Part shown: positions 6,795-13,566 of the stretch, piece by piece | Numbering within the stretch: the first letter of the stretch is position 1 | Layout of the letters: each line of letters starts with the position of its first letter | DNA from: Synechococcus sp. NB0720_010 | Lineage (GTDB): Bacteria; Cyanobacteriota; Cyanobacteriia; PCC-6307; Cyanobiaceae | Direction: 5' to 3' | Assembly (NCBI RefSeq): GCF_023078835.1 | Contig: NZ_CP090898.1 | Coordinates: 784,045-808,044, forward strand | Length of the DNA stretch: 24,000 bases | Made by a program: the position numbers and the translations under genes | The notes under the pieces: generated by a model | Told to the model about the DNA's origin: nothing | The model's input: only the letters and a program-made list of their open reading frames with translations | Database searches by the model: none

Positions 6795-8117
6795 TCAACC
6801 CCGGCCAAACCAGCGCCGGCGGGCCGGTTCCAGCCGGGCCACGCTGGCGTTCAGGGTTTCAATCGAGCGGCGCAGTTCCACCAGCGCCTGCACCTGATCC
6901 ACCCGCTCCGCCTCTGTGTAGCTGCCGGTGGACAGCCGCTCGAGTCGGCTCAACACAGGTTCGAGTGCCCGCAGGGATTGATTGAGCTCCTGGGAGAGAC
7001 CATCCATGCTGCCCCGGATCACATCCGCTTGGTCCTGCAGGCTCAGCCGCGCCTCGGCCACGCCCTCAACCGAATCACGTACAAGATTGGTGAGCGGGGA
7101 GAGCTTCTCCAGCGTCGCCTCCGTCAGCTGATTCGCGTAGGCCTGGGCCGGCTCCACAAGAACCGAAGGATCCGGCAGGTGCTTCTCAAACGCATCACTG
7201 ATCAACGCACCCAGGTCTTCTGAGGCGAGCCCGGTCAGCTGCTCAATCGCTTCAGCTTGGGGTTGCTGCTTCGTCCCCGTTGCTTCGGGGCCATCGGGGA
7301 TCTCGCCATCGCCTGTGGGGCTGAGGGCCATCACGGCTTCGCGCACTTCGCCATCGATTTGGCTGAGCAGGCGATCCTCCAGGCGCTCACAGGCATTGAG
7401 CGGGAAGGTGAAGATCACCGAGACCACCAGAGCCAAATAGGTGGTGTCGAATGCCGTACCCAGACCCGAGGTCACCTTGGTCAAGCCATTCTTCAAACCA
7501 TCGACGTTGTCGGCATTGCTGAGCACCGCATCAAAGGAACCAACGGCCGAGGACATCCCGATCACGGTGCCGATGAAGCCCAGCAACGGAATCGCCCAGA
7601 GCAGCACTTTCGGCAGACTGAAGCTGGATTGACTCGAGAGCTCATAGAGCTCCACGTCGGAATCGGCCGAGCGCTCCAACTGGAACGAGGAACCGGTACT
7701 GCGCCAAACATCCAGCAGCCGCAGCAAACGCTTGCCGACCAGCGAGGCCGAGCGCTCCGCTTGGTTGGTCAAGGCATCGAGGTCGCCACTACGGATCGCC
7801 TGGGCAATCGAGAGATCAAAGGCCAGATAGGCCTTCTTCTCGCGTTGAAGGATCCGCCATTTATTGATGATGAAGGCCAGCAACATCCCGCCCATCGCCA
7901 GCACGAAGACCTGGGTGGGGCCCCGTTGATGCAGAAAATCGTGGAAGGGCATCCCCTGGGGCGTGGCGATGGCCCAGAGCAAGAAGCCCCCAATCCCGCC
8001 CGGCACCAGCCAGCGCAGCAGCTTGGGATCCAGGTCATTGCCCAGGCCCAGGCTGACCGTGGGTGTGGCGGCAACGCTGGTGTTGGTTTGGGTTAAGGGC
8101 GGGAAATTAGCGACCAC
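6795..8117 (-). CDS. MotA/ExbB/TolQ-family ion-channel protein with extended C-terminal helical tail (440 aa)
   Basis: Four hydrophobic helices fall at about aa 36-52, 68-86, 170-189 and 219-240, with an ~83-aa loop between TM2 and TM3 (a MotA-like topology). The family core PLLGFIGTVIGM...GLGTAFDTTYLALVVSVIFTFPLN resembles ExbB GLLGTVWGIM...GIAEALLATAIGLVAAIP. Residues ~265-440 are an extra Leu/Glu/Arg/Gln-rich helical region. The start is a GTG (8115-8117), and the next Met would delete TM1. Confidence 0.8.
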   Translation of the reverse strand: MVANFPPLTQTNTSVAATPTVSLGLGNDLDPKLLRWLVPGGIGGFLLWAIATPQGMPFHDFLHQRGPTQVFVLAMGGMLLAFIINKWRILQREKKAYLAFDLSIAQAIRSGDLDALTNQAERSASLVGKRLLRLLDVWRSTGSSFQLERSADSDVELYELSSQSSFSLPKVLLWAIPLLGFIGTVIGMSSAVGSFDAVLSNADNVDGLKNGLTKVTSGLGTAFDTTYLALVVSVIFTFPLNACERLEDRLLSQIDGEVREAVMALSPTGDGEIPDGPEATGTKQQPQAEAIEQLTGLASEDLGALISDAFEKHLPDPSVLVEPAQAYANQLTEATLEKLSPLTNLVRDSVEGVAEARLSLQDQADVIRGSMDGLSQELNQSLRALEPVLSRLERLSTGSYTEAERVDQVQALVELRRSIETLNASVARLEPARRRWFGRG

Positions 8118-8160
8118 GAGCGGGGACTCAAAGGTTCGGGGAATTCAGGTCAAAGACGGG

Positions 8161-8487
8161 TCAGGCAGAGCGGGTGTTGTCCCACTCCTGCCACTCGACC
8201 TCCACATCACCCACACCAGCGCTGGCCGGGGGCGGGATGCGGGTCAGCAGATCGTTCGGCAAGCCCAGGCGTTGGAACACGGCCTTGCGCTGCTCAACGG
8301 GCATTGCTGAGAAGGAGCGGACGACGTCGCGCACCTTGTGCTCGTTGTACACCAGGCCCATCAACTCCTCCTGGTCCTTGGCCTCGAGGGCCTGGAACCA
8401 GCGCAGAAATTCATCAACGCGGCTGTTGAGATCAGTGGAACCAGTGGTCATGGGAGAGGCGGATGAGGTGAGAGAGGAGTGCTGCAC
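8161..8487 (-). CDS. Small hypothetical protein between the HlyD and MotA-like genes (96-108 aa)
   Basis: The ORF is co-oriented and fills the gap between 8529 and 8117. The track start is a GTG at 8487; an ATG at 8451 (MTTGSTDLN...) is an alternative. It has no signal peptide or TM and I recognised no family. Coding status is supported mainly by position and non-degenerate composition. Confidence 0.45.
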   Translation of the reverse strand: MQHSSLTSSASPMTTGSTDLNSRVDEFLRWFQALEAKDQEELMGLVYNEHKVRDVVRSFSAMPVEQRKAVFQRLGLPNDLLTRIPPPASAGVGDVEVEWQEWDNTRSA

Positions 8488-8528
8488 AGAGCGCTAAGGG
8501 CCGTGCACCAAAAAGGGGAGCGGCTGGG

Positions 8529-9704
8529 TCATTTCGATGAGCGGATGCTGCGCAGGGAATCGAAGGCCTTCTGCACCGCATCGGTGAGCAGGGTGATCAC
8601 CCGCTTGTCGCGCAGGACCAAGTTGGCCTGAACGCTCTGGCCTGCACTGATCTCGTAGCGATCGCGCCCCTTGGTGAGGTAATCGCGATCGAGACTGATG
8701 TAGGCCGGGAAGCGGGGCTGGGGGTTCTGCTGGTCCGGCTCCAGCGGCAAGGTGCCAACGGATTTGAGCTTCCCATCGATCGACCCGAACTGGGTGTAGG
8801 GGAAAGCATCGACGCGGACTTGGGCCGCCATTCCCTTGTTCAAGAAGCCCACATCGCGGTTGGTCACATAGACCTTCGCCTCAAGAATCCCGCCCGGAAC
8901 CACCTTCACCAAGGTCTCGCCAGCCGCCGCGGCGTAGCCCGGGCTTGAGGGGACCAAGCCATAGACCACGCCATCAAGGGGGGCCCGCAGCACCTCTTTG
9001 TTCTGGGTGTCCTGAACCTCCACCAGCTGACGCTCCAGATCCGCCAGCTCCCGCAAAGACTCCTGCTTCATCTTCAGCAGCTGGGCTTGCACCTCCTGGA
9101 GGTTGGCCCGGGCCTGGGCAATCTCCGATTCCAACTGCTCAACCCGGTTGCGCTGCTGAAGCACCTGCATCCGCTGGATCCCCCCTTCACGCGCCAAGGG
9201 AACGATGTTGTTGTAGATCTCCTTTTCAGTGGAGAGGGCACGGCCCAAACCATTCATCCGCTCCCGCAAACTCTGCTCGCGGGACTGGATCGAGCGGCTC
9301 TCTTCGTTAAAGCGGGTGGTCTCGAGTTTGAGCTGTTTCTCGAGGGTCTCCGCCCGCTTTTTGGAGACCTCCGCATCGAGGCGAATCAGCGCTTCACCAG
9401 AGCTGACCTTCTGGCCTTCCTTCACCAGGATGTCCTTCACGACCCCCGCGAATGGCGCCTTAAGCGGGCGTTCCGCACCGAGGGGCTGCAGCTCCCCTTG
9501 GGCCAGCACCACCTCATCAATCTTGGCGAAGCAGGCGAAGACGAAACCAAAGGAGGCGCTGCCAATGATCGTCCAGGCCAAGGCGCGGCTCCAGACCGGT
9601 GCCGGACGCAGACGGACCTCCTGAGGGTCCATCGGCCTGACCACCAGGGCCGACATATTGGCCTTCACAAGATTGGACTTCGAGGGGGGCTTCTGATCCA
9701 TCAC
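8529..9704 (-). CDS. HlyD-family membrane fusion / periplasmic adaptor protein of a type I secretion system
   Basis: The 391-aa protein has a short cytoplasmic N-terminus and one TM (WTIIGSASFGFVFACFA). A lipoyl-like segment follows (VLAQGELQPLG...VKDILVKEGQKVSSGEALIRLD), then a long coiled coil (aa ~110-235), a second lipoyl half and a beta-barrel. It directly abuts the ABC gene stop. The start is GTG at 9704 or ATG at 9701. Confidence 0.9.
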   Translation of the reverse strand: MMDQKPPSKSNLVKANMSALVVRPMDPQEVRLRPAPVWSRALAWTIIGSASFGFVFACFAKIDEVVLAQGELQPLGAERPLKAPFAGVVKDILVKEGQKVSSGEALIRLDAEVSKKRAETLEKQLKLETTRFNEESRSIQSREQSLRERMNGLGRALSTEKEIYNNIVPLAREGGIQRMQVLQQRNRVEQLESEIAQARANLQEVQAQLLKMKQESLRELADLERQLVEVQDTQNKEVLRAPLDGVVYGLVPSSPGYAAAAGETLVKVVPGGILEAKVYVTNRDVGFLNKGMAAQVRVDAFPYTQFGSIDGKLKSVGTLPLEPDQQNPQPRFPAYISLDRDYLTKGRDRYEISAGQSVQANLVLRDKRVITLLTDAVQKAFDSLRSIRSSK

Positions 9705-12700
9705 TCAAACCTCCTGCTGGTGATACAACGTGGCATAACGACCATCGAGAGCCATCAACTCTTCATGGGTTCCCTGCTCAACAAGGGCTCCTTGATCCAT
9801 CACCAAGATGTGATCGGCGGCTTTCAAAGAGGCCAGGCGGTGGGTAATAAAGAAGACCGTGCTGCCCTTGTAGAGCTCCATCAAATTGGCCGTCAGACGC
9901 CGCTCGGTGTCGACATCCAATGCGCTGGTGGCCTCGTCCAGCACCAGAAGGCGCGGACGCCGCAGGATCATCCGAGCAATGGCCAAGCGTTGACGCTGGC
10001 CGCCGCTTAGGCCTGCACCCCGCTCACCTACGGAGCTGCTGTAGCCCGACGGCATCGCCTGGACAAAATCGTGAGCGCAAGCCACCTGGGCGGCCAGAAC
10101 CACCTCTTCGAAGGAGGCATCGGGACGGGTCAGGGCAATGTTGGAGAGGATCGTGCCGTCAAACAGCAGGCTGTCCTGCGGCACCACACCGATTTGAGCA
10201 CGCAGGGAATAGAGGTCCACCTTGCTGATGTCGTTGCCATCAATGCGAATCAGGCCCTCTTCCGGTTCATACAAACGGGTGAGCAATTTGAGCATTGTGC
10301 TCTTGCCCGAGCCCGAGCTGCCGACGACCCCCACAAAGGAGCCGGGGGGAATGTCGCAACTGACATTGCTGAGCTGAAGTTTGCCCTGCTCGGCAAAGCG
10401 GAAGCTGACGCCGGAGTACTCAACCTGGCCGACGATCGGCGGGATCGGTGGTTTCTGCTCTCCAGTGATTTCCAGCTCCTGGGGGTGATCGACGATGTCC
10501 GCCAGGCGCTCCAGCGACAGGGCGGTTTCCTGGAAGTTCTGCCAGAGGTTGGCCATCCGCAGCAGCGGGCTGGTGACATAGCCCGCCAGGATCCGGAAGG
10601 CGATCAGCTGACCCAGGGTCATCTGACCTTTGAGCACCAGCGAGGCACCGATCCAGAGGACGATCAGACCGGAGAGTTGCTCCAGGAACTGACTGGCCGA
10701 TCCGGCTGCCGTGCTGGTGACGACGTTGCGGAAGCCCGACTGGATCTGTCCGCCGTAGAGCTGTTGCCAGCGCCAACGGCTATGGATCTCCATGCTTTGG
10801 CCCTTGATCGTCTCCATCCCGCCGAGGGTTTCCACCAGATGGCTCTGGACCCGTGAATTGGCTTCGGCCTGCTCCCGCAGCTGCTTACGGATGATGGGTG
10901 CCGTCAGGGCGGTTAAGCCGACAAACAGCGGCACCACCGCCAGGGCCCAGAAGGTGAGTTGCACGGAATAGAGCAACATCACCGCGATGTAGATCACCGC
11001 GAAGACCGCATCCAAGATCACCGTCAGGGCCGTGCCGGTAAGGAAGCGTCGGATCTTCTCCAGTTCATTCAGGCGGCTGCTGACTTCACCCACCGGGCGG
11101 TCGGCGAAATAGCCCAGGGGCAGCCGCAACAGGTGATCGATGATCGTCGATCCCAGGCTGATGTCGATTCGATTGGTGGTGTCGGAGAAGAGATAGGTGC
11201 GCAGGGACGAGAGCACCGCCTGGGCCAAAGCCATCGCCACCAGCAGCGTGCCCAGCACGTTCAAGGTGCTGACGTTGCCCTGGCTGATCACCGCATCAAT
11301 GATCTGCTGAATCAGCAGCGGGTTGAGCAAGCCAAACAGCTGCACAAAAAAGCTGGCGATCAGCACCTGAACCAGCACGCCCTTGTGCTGCTTGAGAGCC
11401 GGCAGGAACCAAGCCAGACCAAAGCGCTTTTTGGGGGTCTTGTGGCTGCGCTCAATGCAGAGCACCGGCAGGTTGCCCTCCTCATCGCGCCCCTCCAGGG
11501 CACTGATCGCTACCGGGCCCTGGCCCGAGGCGGGATCACTGATCAGGACTTGCCCGGCCATGTCGCTGGCCCAGATCACCACCGGACCACTGCCGCCCAT
11601 CACCAAGGCTGGAAGCTGCAAGCGCGGGATCTGGGCGTCATTCACGCTCAGCTGCGAAGCGCGCAGCCCCATCAAATCGGCAATGGCCGCCAGCTGCAGC
11701 AGGCCAATGCCCGCTCCGGTGGTGTCCCGCTGGATCTGGTCTTCGAGGATCCGGGTCAGCACGTCCTTGCGGAAGGGCAGATCGAAGTAACGCGCCAGCA
11801 TCCGCAGCGCCGCCATCGGCCCCTCCACAGGCCCCTCGCCGCTGAGATGGGGGAAGGTGCCGTCATCCCCCAGGCGGCCGTACCAGTCCTCAAGAGCCTC
11901 CTGTTGACGCTCCACAGCGACGATCGCGGCGGAGCTTTCCTGCCAGTCGGGCTCCAGGAGTTCAGCTTCAGTGGGCTCGGCCTCTTCCTCGCCGGCCTCC
12001 GGGGCCAGCACCATCACCGGTGGCCGCTCCATCGGCGGCGTGGCGCCCCCCTTGGCCAGCAAACGGGCGGGCAGCTTGCCCTTCACCGTCAGCTTCAGCG
12101 GGCCCAGGAGTTCTTCACCGGGGTTCGCCCCGGCCACATTGCTGCTGCTGACGAGCCAGGGCCCCCAGCTGGAGCCGAATTGATGCTCACCCGGGGGCAA
12201 CAGCAACACCTGCTGCTCACCCGCCGCCTCTTCCAGTTGATTGCTAGCCCAGTCACGAAGGTCCCGGCGCTCGGGCAGCCGCGGCGCTGGGCTCGAAGAC
12301 GCGACGGCGAACAACTCCTCGAGACTGGGCTGGGCCAAGGCCAACTGCAGTGGCGGGTGCTCCATCACCACCTGCAGGAAGACCGCCTGGGGCATCAGCC
12401 AGAGCTGGCTCGGCTGGGAGGCGGCCAAAGCCTGGCCCGTCACACCCCGCAAGAGTCCGATGTCGCCTGCTGTGTCACCCGGGGAAAGCCGGCGCAGCGT
12501 GAAAGGAACGTCCTGCTCATCGAGCGCCAACAGGCGCATCTGCCCCTTGGCCAGCAGGGCCACACCCGGCGGCAGAGCGTTGTAGTCGTACAGCTTCTGC
12601 CCCGGCCTCAGCTGGAGCGCTTGCAAGGACTCAGCAATGCGCGCCTGAGAGCTCTTCGGCAGCTTGGAGAAGGGCTCCCAGCTACTGACCAACCGCAATG

Positions 12701-12716
12701 CAAGGGTCAGCTGCAT
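9705..12716 (-). CDS. Three-part ABC exporter: N-terminal cNMP-binding-like domain, C39-like (apparently non-catalytic) domain, 6-TM ABC transporter with NBD (1003 aa)
   Basis: The NBD motifs are Walker A GVVGSSGSGKST, signature LSGGQRQRLAIAR and Walker B LLVLDEATSALD. The TMD spans about aa 440-720. Aa ~10-125 look like a CAP-effector/cNMP fold (LRPGQKLYDY...GDTAGDIGLLRGVTGQALAAS...LWLM). Aa ~290-425 resemble a C39 peptidase-like domain (GPMAALRMLARYFDLPF...LPALV...VVIW...VLISDP). Confidence 0.9.
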   Translation of the reverse strand: MQLTLALRLVSSWEPFSKLPKSSQARIAESLQALQLRPGQKLYDYNALPPGVALLAKGQMRLLALDEQDVPFTLRRLSPGDTAGDIGLLRGVTGQALAASQPSQLWLMPQAVFLQVVMEHPPLQLALAQPSLEELFAVASSSPAPRLPERRDLRDWASNQLEEAAGEQQVLLLPPGEHQFGSSWGPWLVSSSNVAGANPGEELLGPLKLTVKGKLPARLLAKGGATPPMERPPVMVLAPEAGEEEAEPTEAELLEPDWQESSAAIVAVERQQEALEDWYGRLGDDGTFPHLSGEGPVEGPMAALRMLARYFDLPFRKDVLTRILEDQIQRDTTGAGIGLLQLAAIADLMGLRASQLSVNDAQIPRLQLPALVMGGSGPVVIWASDMAGQVLISDPASGQGPVAISALEGRDEEGNLPVLCIERSHKTPKKRFGLAWFLPALKQHKGVLVQVLIASFFVQLFGLLNPLLIQQIIDAVISQGNVSTLNVLGTLLVAMALAQAVLSSLRTYLFSDTTNRIDISLGSTIIDHLLRLPLGYFADRPVGEVSSRLNELEKIRRFLTGTALTVILDAVFAVIYIAVMLLYSVQLTFWALAVVPLFVGLTALTAPIIRKQLREQAEANSRVQSHLVETLGGMETIKGQSMEIHSRWRWQQLYGGQIQSGFRNVVTSTAAGSASQFLEQLSGLIVLWIGASLVLKGQMTLGQLIAFRILAGYVTSPLLRMANLWQNFQETALSLERLADIVDHPQELEITGEQKPPIPPIVGQVEYSGVSFRFAEQGKLQLSNVSCDIPPGSFVGVVGSSGSGKSTMLKLLTRLYEPEEGLIRIDGNDISKVDLYSLRAQIGVVPQDSLLFDGTILSNIALTRPDASFEEVVLAAQVACAHDFVQAMPSGYSSSVGERGAGLSGGQRQRLAIARMILRRPRLLVLDEATSALDVDTERRLTANLMELYKGSTVFFITHRLASLKAADHILVMDQGALVEQGTHEELMALDGRYATLYHQQEV

Positions 12717-12845
12717 TCAGTGGCTGAGTACTCCGAAAAAACTATCAGAACGTGGGGCTACACCTGGCCGCCTGGGCTACCAACAGCAGACGATCTCAGC
12801 GATCTGCACGAAGCGAAATCATGCAGGTTTTGCATAAGTCCCCGA

Positions 12846-13535
12846 TTACTTGGCCGGCGTAGCGCGCATCTGCTCCTGGAGCCACTGATCACCGAGCTCC
12901 AAAGCCAGGTCCCGGCGGTAGCCCTGGTTGAACACCGCTGGCTGCAGCTCATCCAGGCGAAGCAGCACCCAGCCCCCCTCCGCCGGACGCGGAGGCCAGA
13001 TGTGGCCGGGCTTACTCACCCGCAGCAACTCACTGAGAGCCTCAGGGAGCTGGCCCAAGGGCGTCGGTCCCTGCTTCCCCGTTGGCAGTTGCCCCGTCAC
13101 GCCAGGCAAGGTGCACCAGAGCTGCTCAAAACTGTTTTCCCGCTCTGAGAGCTGAAGAAAGAGCTCCTGGGCCATCGCCTCGTCCTCGACCCAGATCAGG
13201 GAATAGACCACCTGATCGAGTTGGCTCTTGCGCTTCAAAAACAAAGTGGAGGCCTGAGCTCGGAAGCGCTTCTCGCAGAGAAACTGCCAGCGCAGTTGCC
13301 GCTCAGCTAAGGCTTTGAGGTCCTCTTCGGAGAGGCCGTAGGACTGAATCCAGCGTTGGGCCTCGGCCTGGGTCTTCAATCCCTGGCGCTGCAGCCAGAT
13401 GGGGATTGCCTGCTCCTGTTGCTCCGGAGTGAGGCCAGGCTCCTTGGCCAGCAAGGCATCGCGAGTGAGCTCCCGCTGGACCAAAGCGCCATAGCCCCAA
13501 GCCGCCAGCTGCTGCTGCGACTTTTGATCGATCAC
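12846..13535 (-). CDS. Parvulin (PpiC)-like domain protein, probably degenerate PPIase/chaperone (229 aa)
   Basis: The C-terminal ~100 aa follow the parvulin pattern (VVYSLIWVEDEAMAQELFLQLSE..NSFEQL....GP.PLGQLPEALSELLRVSKPGHIWPP...GGWVLLRLDE). The N-terminal half is helical, SurA/PrsA-like. The GTG start at 13535 is uncertain. This is a pattern match by eye only. Confidence 0.45.
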   Translation of the reverse strand: MIDQKSQQQLAAWGYGALVQRELTRDALLAKEPGLTPEQQEQAIPIWLQRQGLKTQAEAQRWIQSYGLSEEDLKALAERQLRWQFLCEKRFRAQASTLFLKRKSQLDQVVYSLIWVEDEAMAQELFLQLSERENSFEQLWCTLPGVTGQLPTGKQGPTPLGQLPEALSELLRVSKPGHIWPPRPAEGGWVLLRLDELQPAVFNQGYRRDLALELGDQWLQEQMRATPAK

Positions 13536-13566
13536 GGTCGAACCCGAAGGTGTCCTTTAACGGTAA

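Noticed and set aside
5647-8117. Interpretation of the MotA-like + tail module as a Zorya-type anti-phage defence system.
   Set aside because: Zorya needs ZorB with a peptidoglycan-binding domain plus effector genes (ZorC/ZorD or ZorE, nuclease/helicase-like). Here the partners are ExbD/TolR-like without a PG-binding domain, and no nuclease, helicase or other defence gene is nearby. The module instead sits inside a T1SS string. I keep this only as a remote alternative.
5647-8117. Interpretation as an ordinary ExbB-ExbD-ExbD energiser for TonB-dependent uptake.
   Set aside because: No TonB and no TonB-dependent receptor or siderophore/B12 genes occur in the window. The topology is 4-TM and MotA-like, with an atypical long tail. 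The genes are translationally packed with secretion genes. I cannot fully exclude this without the whole genome.
8161-8487. The small ORF as a Nif11/double-glycine-leader bacteriocin (prochlorosin-like) precursor for the adjacent C39-type exporter.
   Set aside because: It shows no recognisable Nif11-type leader pattern and no GG/GA cleavage motif followed by a Cys/Ser/Thr-rich core. The exporter's C39-like domain lacks the catalytic Cys and His needed to process such a leader.
12717-12845. The 129-nt gap upstream of the ABC exporter as an internal promoter/regulatory element (contains atgca-ggttt-tgcat at 12821-12835).
   Set aside because: There is only a 5-bp stem and I could not defend any -10/-35 pair by eye. 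This is not enough evidence to call a feature, though an internal promoter here remains plausible.
10959-13148. A 729-aa + strand ORF. Similar long ORFs lie at 9087-10010 (+), 10071-10856 (+), 7257-8096 (+), 6561-7223 (+), 5836-6324 (+), 16353-17762 (+), 17795-18616 (+), 22854-23693 (+), 21598-22626 (-), 20651-21367 (-), 14615-15355 (-), 15307-15930 (-), 19415-19987 (-) and 13356-14012 (+).
   Set aside because: Each lies antisense to, or out of frame within, a gene with strong family signatures (ABC exporter, HlyD, MotA-like, malQ, FrhB-family, pepN, GHL10, prs, pseudouridine synthase and others). Their translations are Arg/Gly/Pro/His/Gln-rich low-information sequence with no motifs. This is the expected artefact of stop-poor alternative frames in ~63% GC DNA.
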